Source of the DNA: the human T2T-CHM13v2.0 reference genome, Homo sapiens
Assembly (NCBI RefSeq): GCF_009914755.1
Contig: NC_060926.1
Length of the DNA stretch: 64,000 bases
Reading direction: 5' to 3' (one strand)
The notes under the pieces were generated by a model that saw only the letters and a list, made by a program, of their open reading frames with translations, made no database searches and had not been told where the DNA came from. Numbering within the stretch: the first letter of the stretch is position 1; every line of letters begins with the position of its first letter. Positions 17,929 through 29,382 of the stretch are shown here, piece after piece. Position numbers and translations under genes: made by a program.

Positions 17929-18205
17929 AGATCTTGCTCTGTCGCCCAGGCTGGAGTGCAATGGCACACTCTTAGCTCACTGCAGCCTTGACCTCCTGGG
18001 CTCAAGCCATCCTACCACCTCAGCCTCCCTAGTCGTGGGGACTGCAGGTGTAAACCACCACACCCTGCTAATTTTTGTAATTTTTGTAGAGAAGGAGTTT
18101 CACTATGTTTCCCAGGTTTGTCTTGAAATCCTAGGCTCAAGCAATCCGCCCACCTCAGACTCCCAAAGTACTGGGATTTATAGGCATGAGCCTCCGCACC
18201 CAGCC
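17929..18205 (-). mobile_element. AluJ-type SINE lacking its A tail
   Basis: tcttgctctgtcgcccaggctggagtgc...cctcctgggctcaagc...gagcctccgcacccagcc; no poly-T at the left end. Confidence 0.9.
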
Positions 18206-19194
18206 TCATCTCAATTTTTCTAAGAAAAACCTTTGTCCAAGGGAGAGCCAACCTTGTATGAGGTAAATATGGGCCACCACCCACATATATGGTAAGATTT
18301 AAAGTAAACTTCTACTTGCTCTCAAAATATAGATACCACTCTGTCTTAGCTCAGGTCTCTAGAAACAGATTCTGAGGGGAGATTTGTAGGGAGTGTTAGG
18401 GAAGCATGTTCAGAAACAACACCTGTAAGGGAGTGAGGGAAGCAGGGCTGGGCAGAGAGAGGAGTCAAATCATGATGCTGTTGCAAGAGAGGCTTCAGCT
18501 GACCCTGCAGAGAGCTCTAGATCTCAGGGAGCCCTTCTGAGTTGTCCCCAGTTGAGGTCGGGAGGTTAGACCTTTATACCTCAGCACCCACCAGTGATAG
18601 ATGCAGGTAGGTCCCTGGGAGGGGTATGAACTTGGTGAAGGGAGTTCCAGAAGAGCTTCACAACTTAGGGCCATCAACCGTTGACATTCTCAGCAACTGA
18701 GGAGTGAGTCTCTATAAAGGGGCTAAGGAAAGCAGGTCTGGGCAGTGTAGCATCACTACGTCACTATATACGGATTCACTTGCTTCGTCTGTAAGTTCAC
18801 CCCATTTGGAAACAGCTCCTCTGGGATTCAGGCTGGCTCTGAAACTTCAGGAGGAAAGTTTGTGGGATGAACTACATCCCTGCTGCCCCAGCTGTTCTCA
18901 AAGTCACAAGTGGTGCTCATTGTCTCTTTTCTCCTGCTTATTCTAGATTTGCATCTCCACCAGTTAGCACTCAGCTGGTGCAGGTGGCTCATATAGTGAG
19001 GTGACTGAGACCTTGTCCCTGGAAGTTCTTAGCCCCTAGTCACCATGCCTTCCTCAAGCTCTGTGCTTAACTATTTATATCAAACTGGGCAGGTGTTTGC
19101 CAAGAGATGCCCCAGGGGCCGCCTGGGTGACAAATCATTTACCCTGTCCCCATCATAGAACAGCAGTTGTGCCTCCTCCTGAAATCACAGTCAA

Positions 19195-19398
19195 TTATCC
19201 CTGCAAGGTAATAAATCTTTTATTTGCCCACTGCTTTCTTGACATGAGGAGCTCAAAGTAGGTAGGCAGCAACCTTAGACTAGAGCTTAATAAAACTCTC
19301 TCTGCATCCTCTTCTGGAAGCATTCCCTTTCTGAGAACCAAGACCTCTGGACTTCTAAAGTAAGAAGACAACCAGCATAAACTCTCAAAAAGGGTCAC
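19195..19398 (-). pseudogene. ERVL dUTPase relic
   Basis: EVLVLRKGMLPEEDAERVLLSSSLRLLPTYFELLMSRKQWANKRFITLQG resembles HERV-L dUTPase (EVLVPEGGMLPPGD...LRLPPGHFGLL...AKKG, recalled). Confidence 0.75.
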
Positions 19399-20180
19399 TA
19401 AGAGTGTCCATAAATAGGACCACTTCTACTCTACCCATTGTTTCTCAGACCTTTGTAATATTTCTAAGAGTTGTTTATTTAGAGCATAAGTTGCATCCTC
19501 CTAGTGATGCTGCAGCTGCATTGAAAGTTGTTACATCATTCTATCAAGCTGGAAGCTTCTGGGTGGTGTGCCATATGATATGAACAGAGAACCCCAAGAT
19601 CATGTGTCCACTGCCTCACCTCCTTTGCTACAGTAATGTGAGCCCCTCATCTTGAGTAATATTGTCAGAATCCTTTGTCAATGGAGCATACAGGGTAAAC
19701 GCTTAGATGCTAATGTTGGCTGAGGCATTGCATGCAGGAAAGGTAAACCCATACCCAGAATATACATTGATTCAGTCAAGACAAATCACTGCTCTTCCAG
19801 GGTGGAAAGATTCCAACATAATCAATTTCCCACCAAATGGCTGGTTGCCCTCCTCAAGAGATGATGCTATTGCAAGGGCTCAGGATGCATCTCTGTTGCA
19901 GGAAGTTTAAACACTCACCAGCAGTACAGTTAGATCAGACTTGGTGGAGGAAGCCCATGCTGGCTGACATCAACTAGCCATGAATTCTCTCTCTTTGCCT
20001 GTTTAGTGCCTCTTCTATGCTGGATGCTCCCCAGTAGAGTTAATATGGCTTACAAAGATCACCCTGTGTGCCCACTCTGACAGTTCCATCCACAGGTCTT
20101 TACGTCCCCAGTTTTTCAGTCTTTCTTATTCTGGCCCCCTGACCTACCAGCCGAACATTCACCACCACCTAAGAAAATAT

Positions 20181-20183
<3 letters not shown>

Positions 20184-20233
<50 letters not shown>

Positions 20234-20240
20234 TATATAT
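20184..20240. repeat. (TA)n(CA)n microsatellite within the ERVL RNase H relic
   Basis: Directly visible; the adjacent minus-strand frame reads HLIIHFVWKYAWPFIRTY, similar to ERVL RNase H. Confidence 0.9.
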
Positions 20241-21229
20241 GTTCTTATGAAGGGCCAAGCATATTTCCAAACAAAGTGGATGATCAGGTGCCCACACCCA
20301 AATCGTTGCCCCTGAAAAGCTTTCCCATTTCTTCTATTTTCAGGGCAACCCCTGAATGGAATTAAAATGTAGCATTCATTCATTTTTAGCTGGCCCCCAC
20401 ATACTAAGCCAACCTATCTGTGAAAGAAACTTAGCCTTTCTCTCCTCTGTCAACTGATCCAAAGAGACCTTTTAAGTTACCATATGTAAGGGCTGAGGGA
20501 AAGGCATTGGTGCAATAAAGATGGATGACCCTAGGCCACTGGCTCATGCAGCTTACTTGAGCCCTCTGGCTCTGCTCATCCCCAAACCTGGATGTGCCAC
20601 TTTTATCTCATAAAGCATTGCTGCTGAGCCTGCCCAGACTTATAACTTGACAAATAAGACAGAGCCCAGCCCTTAATGAGCAGCTCTGGCTACAGGCTCA
20701 TTTGATGTCTCGTGTTCAGACATCCCATTTTTACCAGGGCCCCACAGCATGCCAGACTTGTTTTTTGAATGCTACATACTACTCTGCTACAGATGGCATG
20801 GCCTTATTCCAGAATCCTCGGTATCTATATTTTGTTTCTCCTGTTGGGGCTTGTCATAAACTCTACATGGCACTTTCTCCCACCACAGTAACCTACAGTC
20901 TGTCCAATTTTATGGCTGAGGCAACGGGGCTGTTTGCACTGCAGGACAGACCTGCTGCAGAGCCCTTTCCTATTCTGAACCTATTCAGAGCTTATAACTC
21001 TCCATGTCAGCCAGTAAATAGGTCAGGTTGGCATTTCCAACTATGGAAAATGCTGCTTCCAAACTCCAAAGAGACCCAGAAAGTGTTAGTGGTGGGAGAC
21101 ATGTGATGAAATAATTTGTCTTTTACTTTCCATGGAATGTCCCAGCATGTGCCAGACCACTAGATACTAAACATTTCTGTTGTGACAGATCTATGAATCT
21201 CTATAGAGTTTTACCTTCCACCCTCTGAA

Positions 21230-21320
21230 GCATGTGTCTTACCAAACCCTCCAATATACTTGCTTCTTTTTGCTTATCCGGTGCAACTAACATGTTTTTT
21301 TCAATGTAGTAAACTAATAT
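21230..21320 (-). pseudogene. ERVL reverse transcriptase catalytic-region relic
   Basis: Minus strand translates ILVYYIEKNMLVAPDKQKEASILEGLVRHM, aligning to ERVL LVHYIDDIML; YIDD has decayed to YIEK. Confidence 0.75.
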
Positions 21321-21422
21321 GGTGATTTTAAAAATGTTTAGATGATCTAGATCCCTTCAGATTATGTTATGTCAGAAGATATCTTCTAAATATATACTGT
21401 TATCTCCACCACAACCACCATG

Positions 21423-23708
21423 TGATATGGTTTGGCTGTGTCCCCAACCAAATCTCATCCTGAATTCCCATGTGTTGTGGGAGGGACCTGGTGGGAGGTA
21501 ACTGAATCATGGGGGCAAGTCTTTCCCATGCTGTTTTCATGATAGTGAATAAATCTCATGAGATCTGATGGTTTTAAAAAGAGGAGTCCCCCTGCACATG
21601 CTCATTCTCTCTTTGCCTGCTGCCATCCATGTAAGACAGGACTTGCTTCTCCTTGCCTTCTGCCATGATTGTGAGGCTTCCCCAGCAACATGAAACTGTA
21701 AGCCCAATTAAACCTTTTTCTTTTGTAAATTGCACAGTCTCAGGTAGGCCTTTATCAGCGCCTTGAAAACAGGCTAATACAGTAAATTGGTACCAGTAGA
21801 GTGGGGTTGCTGAGAAGATACCCAAAAATGTGAAAGTAACTTTGAAACTGGATAACAGGCAGAGGTTGGAACATTTTGGAGGGCTCAGGAGAAGACAGGA
21901 AAATGTGGGAAAGTTTAGAACTTCCTAGATACTTGTTGAATGGCTTTGCCCAAAATGCTGCTAGTGATATGGACAATAAGGTCCAGACTGAGGTGGTCTC
22001 AGATGTTGCTGATGAACTTGTTGGGAACTGGAGTAAAAGTGACTCTTGATATGTTTTAGCAAAGAGACTGCAGCATTTTGCCCCTGCCCTAGAGATTTAT
22101 GGAACTTTGAACTTGGGAAAGATATTTTAGGGTATCTTGCAGAAGAAATTTCTAAACAGCAAAGCATTCAAGAGGTGACTTGAGTGCTGTTAAAAAGCCT
22201 TCAGTTTTAAAAGGGAAACAGAGCACAAAAGTTTGAAAAATTTGCAACCTGAAAATGTGATAGAAAATCCCATTTTCTGAGGAGAAATTCAAGCTAGCTG
22301 CAGAAATTTGCATAAGTAATAAGGAGCCCAATATTAATCCCCAAGACAATGGGAAAAATGTCTCCAGAGCATGTCAGAGGTCTTCACAGCAGCCCCTCTC
22401 ATCACAGGCCTGGAGGCCTAGGAGGAAAATACAGTTTTGTCATCTGGGCCCAGGGTCCCCATACTGTGTGCAGCCTAGGGACTTGGTGCCCTGTGTCCCA
22501 GCTGCTACAGCCATGGCTGAAAGGGCTCAACAGAGAGCTCAGGCTATGGCTTCAGAGGGCACAAGCCCCAAGCCTTGGCAGCTTCTATGTGGTGTTGAGC
22601 CTGTGACTGCACAGAAGTCAAGAATTGAGGCTTGAGAACCTCCATCTAGATTTCAGAAGATGTGTGGAAACACCTGGATGTCCAGGCAGAAGTTTGCTGC
22701 AGGGGCAGGACTCTCATGGAGAACCTCTTCTAGGGCAGTGCAGGAGGGAAATTTGGGGTCAGAGCCCCCAACACAGAGTCCCTACTGGGGCACTACTTAG
22801 TGGAGCTGTGAGAAGAGGGCCACCCTCCTCCAGACCCCAGAATGGTAGATCCACTGACAGCTTGCACCATGTGCCTGGCAAAGCCTCAGACACTCAACAC
22901 CAGCCAGTGAAAGGAGCCAGGAGGAAGGCTGTATCCTGCAAAGCTACAGGGGCAAAGCGGCTCTAGACCATGGGAACCCACCTTTTGCATCAGCGTGACC
23001 TGGATGTGAGACATAAAGTCAAAGATCACTTTGGAGTTTTAAGATTTGACTACCCCGCTGGATTTTGGACTTGCATGAAGACTGTAGCCCCTTTGTTTTG
23101 GCCAATTTCTCCCATTTGGAATGGCAGTATTTACCCAATGCCTATGCCCCCATTGTATGTAGGAAGTAACTAACCAGATTTTGATTTTACAGGATTATAA
23201 GTGGAAGAAACTTACCTTGTCTCAGGTAAGACTTTGGACTGTGGACTTTTGAGTTAATGCTGAAATGAGTTAAGACTTTGGGGGACTATTGGGGAGGGAT
23301 GATTGGATTTGAAATGTGAGGACATGAAATTTGGGAGGGGTTGGGGCAGAATGGTGGTTTGCCTGTGTCCTGACTGAAATCTCATCTCAAATTCCCACAT
23401 GTTGTGGGAGGGACCCAGTGGGAGGTAATTGAATCATGGGGGGCAAGTCTTTCCTGTGCTGTTCTCATGATAGTGAATAAGTCTCACAAGATCTGATGAT
23501 TTTAAAAAGACGAGTTCTCCTGCACAAGCTCATTCTCTCTTTGCCTGCTGCCATCCCTGTAAGACGTGATTTGCTCCTCCTTGCCTTCTGCCGTAATTGT
23601 GAGGCTTCCCCAGCCACTGAAACTGTAAGTCAAATTGAACCTCTTTCTCGTGTAAATTGCCTAGTCTCGGGTATGTCTTTATCAACAGTGTGAAAAAGGA
23701 CTAATATA
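21423..23708 (+). mobile_element. Complete THE1 (THE1A/B-like MaLR): LTR 21423-21781, internal region, LTR 23352-23708
   Basis: tgatatggtttggctgtgtcccc...ctaataca LTRs in direct repeat; internal region starts gtaaattggtaccagtagagtgggg; flanks ccatg/gcatg give a 4/5 TSD. Confidence 0.95.
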
Positions 23709-26056
23709 GCATGTGAATGAGAGCTATTTCCGAGTCTCCTTAATAGGCATGAAGAGTACATTTGCCAGGCGGATAGTTACATAATATGCCCCTGAAGCTA
23801 TGCAAATGTATAGGACCCAGCAGAGCAGCTGCAATCAAGGTAACTGCTGGACTGGATTCAGAGTTTGCCATCTTTTGCCAAGATTCATCTGGTTTCCGTA
23901 GAGGCCACACAGGTGATCTAAGAAATGAGAACCAACATCCCTGTCTCCTTGAAGTCTTTCATGGTAACACCATTCTCTACCATTTCCTTTAGGATATGGT
24001 ATCGTTTTCTATTATCATGTTTGGAAGAGGTAAAAAATTTCAAAGAGTCCCTCTTGGTCCCCCACTATAATAGATCTTTCCTCCATAGTCCAAGAAGGAA
24101 TATGAAATTTCTACCAATGGCCAGGTATGTCCACTCCAGTTACACATTCAGAGGACCAACGAAATGACCATTAGGTGAGTTCCTAGGCCCAATGTGAGAC
24201 AAACTATGTCAGGACCCACCTATTATCTGTCCCCAACATGTGGCCACTCTAACAGGGAATCTTAATGATGTTTCTGTTCTTGTATCAATGTGAACTTTAA
24301 CCCTGTATCTAAGAGTTCTCAAAATATCCAGATAGTTCCCTTTTCCTAGTATACAATGACCCAGGCAAACAGCTGTAGGTTTCTTTGCTGAATAACAGGT
24401 ATATCATCATCATATACACTTTCCTACTGTAGACCTGACTTCTCCTTCATTCAATGAATTCAGGGGTTCAGAATTGGCTCACATCTACAAATGGCAAGTA
24501 TTTGTGACATTTTATTTTTCAGGCTGCCTTCAGCCTCCTGATTATCCACCCTTGATTTATTTTGATTTATTTAGATTAAACCAAAGCCTTATTGGCTGCC
24601 CACCTCTCTTGTCCCTAGGGACACCATGTTCTATTAATCATCTCTATAGCACTCTGTGGGTTGTGCCCCCTGGCTGCCATTCCAACCCTGCCACTCATTA
24701 CATTAATTCCACCCACTTTGCTTCTGATTAAGTGTCACCACCCAGACTGTTATTTCGGGATCTGATCATCCCCATTGCAGTCAAGGAGCTCAGTTCTGTA
24801 ACAGCATCTTCTACTGTCAGTCCTGACCGCAAAGCAGAGCCACCACTGGGCTCAGGGCTGCTGGTTGTCCTCTCCCCATTGCAGCTCATACTGCTTTGGA
24901 AAGTGGAGTGTCCTACAGGCCCTCCTAAAGATACAGTCAGGTTTCCTCCTTCAACAGTGTATTCACTCTAACATGCCCACTTTTTCTGAGGTTTTTTATT
25001 CTTTCTTCTATTGTCTGCCACAGCAATGCTGGCATTTCCACTTGCCATTGCTTCCTCTAAGCTTCCAAGAGTCATCCCAGCAGCTTGAGAGTACAGTCTC
25101 CCAGGGTTGTATTCTATATCATGGGCGAGTTAAATCCTGTGTCACTGGAGAGGGCTCTCATTTAGATGAATTCTCCTTATCCAACTTTATGTTTTAACAC
25201 TCCTTGATTCTGCTTCCTCAGGATCCAAACCCACATATGTATCCTGGCTCTGCAGGTATGTAATGGTTAAGTCCTGCAGCTCCTCTGGAAGAGTCCCTAT
25301 TTTTTTCTCAGCAGAATCAGCACCCCATGGGCCAAGTTATGTTGCAGTTTGACAACATTTATTGGTCTAGTAGCCAAGAGGAGCAGTGGGGTTTCAACTC
25401 GAAGCCAGCACCTGGTATTGATCAGGTAGAGGCCTCTGCATTGTCTTCAAGCAAGGGGGGAATACCAGCCATTAATAGGAAGGAGAGAGCCAGCGAGTGT
25501 GGGGAGATGGGCAGATTTAAGCTTCTTGTGTGTGCTGGCCCAGATGTCACGATCCCAAGTCTCAGGGGCTCACTCAATCCAAACCAGCCTGTGCTTCAGG
25601 CTTTGGCACAGAAAATTTGACCAGACTTAGAATATAACCTTCTATGAAGTTCTAATACCCTAGGCCTGATCCTCTGCACTATGTGCTCTCCAGCTATGAA
25701 CACTTAGAGTCTCTTTCTGTGCTGCCAAGGAGGCCTTCGCATTCTCCACTTCTCCCTAAATTAGTGATTAATCACTTTCAGCTTTTTATTTTTCATTGTC
25801 TTTCTCCAATGCATTGATAGTGTCAGCCATCTGATTCTACAGTACTTATATTCACTACTTCTCCTGTACCTGCCAAACATCTGATAAATTGCACAAGTTG
25901 ATGTATTCCCTTCCACTGATGTCTTATTCCAGTTTTAAACATTCTACTTACTGCAGCCCAGGGAGTGACCTAGCATTGCTCATGGGCTCCTCCTTGCCAG
26001 CAAGCTAGTGGGTGATATAGCTCCAAAACCTCATTTGAGAGACTGCATCCTAGGAA

Positions 26057-26070
26057 CACTTCTATCACCA
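26057..26070 (-). other. Degenerate tRNA-Leu primer-binding site of the ERVL provirus
   Basis: Minus strand TGGTGATAGAAGTG, 2 nt from the LTR, versus the Leu PBS TGGTGTCAGAAGTG (12/14). Confidence 0.65.
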
Positions 26071-27928
26071 ACTGTGTTAGGTCAGAGGTTTTCATGCAGG
26101 AGTTTTGTTGTGTATGTTGAGAGTGGGATTGGTGGATCAGCAACACAACTTCATAAGGAATGGGGGAATCCAGTTGGGCAGAGAGAGAAGTTGAACTGCA
26201 ATGCACTCATCACAGAAACTTTAGCCAAACTCACAGGGAACTCTGCAACTGCAAAGGAGGTGCCTTTCAGAGATTCCCCATGTACAGCAAGGGGTGCTGG
26301 TCTTTATAGCCTTTGTACTCCTGTTTCACTAGTCATTGAACGTGCTTGGCCCCCAGGAAAAGGACACAAACTTGGGCAAGGCAGCCCTTGTGGTTCTTGG
26401 AGAGGGATGCAGCTGTGAGCCATCAGCAGCCAACACTGAGCAGCTGGAGAATGAATTCTTCCATGTGGAATAGAGAACCAGGGCAATGCACTGCCACATC
26501 CACCACACCTTCCTTTGCAGCAAAACATTGAAAAGTATTCTTCAAATGCAAAGGATGATGAAACAAGGCATTTGATGACTGATAACCATTAACACCCTAA
26601 ATCACAGTGGTTTATGGTATTAAACCCAGCAAAGAACAAGGACCTAAGAGAGTCACCTGACAAATTTCCATGAGAAGAGAGATAAGGAACATTATGAGCC
26701 TTGTAGCAAAGTAGAGTACTCCAGCATGGAGAGCTGCTCAGCAAAGGGATGGGTATGAAGAGCCCAGGGATCCCAGAAAGAAAAGGATAGGGAAGAAGAA
26801 GAGAAAGAGATAAACAAAAAAAAAAAAGAGGTAGGCAAGCTGTCCAACATGGCAAGCCTTGTAACAAGCTTTAAGTCTTTTCTCTTATATTACATATCCT
26901 CACTTATGGCCAAAAAAAATCCCTGAAGATTAGTATCCATGAATTTATTTCTCTTCTTGAGGGGATTCAGAAAAGAAAAGAAAAGTAAACAAAACAAGTT
27001 TATTCTGCAAACAAATGTCTTATATGACTTACTCCCTGATGTATTGGGGCCAAACTTACTCCAGATAAACACTTCTTCATTTTTATGTGTTTCCATCACT
27101 TTGTGTATGTCAGTAAATCTTACTGGAACCCAGTTAGTTCCAGCTCTGGCAATGCAGGGACACAGGGGCTGCCCCGAGGGTCTTACCACCTAGGAGGAAA
27201 GATGCCACGTGAACAAATAAATGACAGCAGGTGAGGTAAGGGCTGCACCGGGTAAGCACACAGCCATGGGAGCAGAGGATTAGTGGGGACTTCTGTGCAG
27301 GGTGATGGAGGGAGAGCCCTGAGCCACAATGTGTATGGTAACTGAACCAACCAAGTTTGCTGGATAAATCTGCCACTTTCTGTTTTTCTTTCCACTCTGC
27401 TGTGTTGAGCCACTTCAAGAACAGTGCTACACTTGGCTTCAAACATCTCTTCTGAATATTTATTTCTAATATGGGAACATGAACACCTGAAGAGTATAAT
27501 AAACCTTGCCAAATACAAGTGTTCTTTACATAAAATCCTAATATAAATAGCTTACCTCTATTTATGTATTTTCGATGACAATAATAATTTTTATTTAGTT
27601 CAACTCAGATCTCAAGTAACCCAAGTTGGGAAAATAAAGGAGACAGAAAACCCTGGACCTGTGAAATGAAAATTAAGGAAGATAAAATGGATGGCAGTAC
27701 TAAATTAGAAATTTTTTTGTTACAGCTTTGGAAAAATCTGAAGCAATTAAACATAAACCATATAGCTTCACTCCTGCACGTTTTAGATTGGCTGGAGCTA
27801 AAATACACATTAGAGCCTAACAGAGCCAGGTTCAAGTGTTCTACCATTTTCAAACACATTCTCGAATGAAACTTGAGAAAAGCTCTATGGAAATTTGCAA
27901 ATATATGTTATTCAAAGGACAAGGTTTC

Positions 27929-28300
27929 TGTGTCAGCTAGGAAGCCCATCACCTGCAAGTAACAGAAATCAGACCAAATGATTTCAACAAATAAGTGTCT
28001 CTTTTTCCCTTAGCACATAGATGTAAGATAACTGCTGCAGCCCCTGCCATCAGGTCCTTATTCCCAGCAGAAGAGTGGAGGGTTGTACTAGCCAACCAAT
28101 TCCTTTTTGTCAGAAAAGCAAACGATTCCCAAGAAGTGCCCAAGACAGAATTCTATATTCGTTCCTGTGCCAGAATTAGGCTCCATAGCCATCCACAATT
28201 ACAAAGAAGTCTCAGGTAAAGAAAAATTGGTTGCCTGGTCTCTATATTGAGAGGTACTAAAGGAGAATCGGAAAGATAATGGGTTGGAAAAAGCCAATTA
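27929..28300 (-). mobile_element. Old MaLR LTR (MLT1K/L-like)
   Basis: tgtgtcagctaggaag...ctgcaagtaacagaaa...ctgctgcagcccctgccatcaggtcc...tagccatccacaattacaaagaagtct. Confidence 0.65.
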
Positions 28301-28517
28301 AGGATATTAGCCACGAATTTTATGGATTGTGTTGAGCCATGTAACATTATGGTAGAATTTTGAGAAACGCCTACTTAACTGTAGGCAACTAAGCTGTTTA
28401 AATAAAGGTTATAAAATGTTTTTCATTTCAAATATTCAAGCTATTGAACATCTCTAGGAACACAATGGGATCTTAGAGTATGAAAGTTTGTAGGAGGGAC
28501 CAAACATATGTGTATTG

Positions 28518-28868
28518 TGTATATATATATAAATATATATATAATATTTATATATATAAATATATATATAATATTTATATATATAAATATATATATAAAT
28601 ATATATATAATATTTATATATATAAATATATATATATAAATATATATATAATATTTATATATATAAATATATATATATTTATATATATAAATATATATAA
28701 ATATATATATATTTATATATAAAAATATATATAAATATATAAATATTTATATATAAAAATATATATATAAATATATAAATATTTATATATAAAAATATAT
28801 ATATTATATATATGAATATATAATATTATATATATAAATATATATATAATATTTATATATATATATAT
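28518..28868. repeat. ~350-bp TA-rich minisatellite / interrupted (TA)n
   Basis: Almost pure A/T; recurring ~27-bp unit containing aatattta. Confidence 0.97.
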
Positions 28869-29382
28869 TCTGCATATTATGATATTTGGACATCTTTAAA
28901 AATCCTTTCCAGCTGGAGCGAGACTGCCCCTCCCAGAGCTAGCCAATTCTTAACGACAACAAAGAGCCCAACAAGGAATGTGCCTTTGCTCAGCAAACTA
29001 ATCAACCAGAGCCAGATCTCTTCTGTCTATCTGGCTCATGCACCCCTTGAGACAATACTCCTCTACCTTAATCATCCCAAAGCTACCAGGGGCCACCCAT
29101 ATAGCTTAGAGCCCACTGCAAGTATTCAAGCTAGTCAGTCCTAAACTGTTCACCGTGCCCTGCCTTGCTTTTCCCACAGTAACCCCAATGAAGGCTCTGC
29201 CCTAATGCTTTCTCCTGGCTCCTGTCTTCTACCTCCTGAACACCCTTGTGTCTTTCCCATGTGTCCCTGACTGGCAGGCCATGCCTCCTGTCTTTAGGAC
29301 CCATAAGTATGATAGACTTGGTTTTCCTGAGCTTTTCCTCTGTCTCCCCTTGTGGCCACACCTGACTGACCATCTCATAACA
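28869..29382 (+). mobile_element. LTR, MER77/MER21-group-like
   Basis: gactgcccctcccagagctagccaattc...ggccacacctgactgaccatctcataaca; ends in ACA. Family assignment is from recall. Confidence 0.6.

Larger units (their letters stand above)
18342..26507 (-). mobile_element. Ancient ERVL provirus (LTR16 / HERV16- or ERV3-16A3-like) with two LTRs and a decayed internal region
   Basis: Related LTRs at ~18342-18768 and ~26073-26507; tRNA-Leu-like PBS next to the right LTR; RT, RNase H and dUTPase peptide relics in ERVL order on the minus strand. Confidence 0.82.

Noticed and set aside
28480-28722. 80-aa Y/I/K/N-rich ORF, or a CRISPR-like array
   Set aside because: It is a TA minisatellite translation; there are no unique spacers and the context is eukaryotic.
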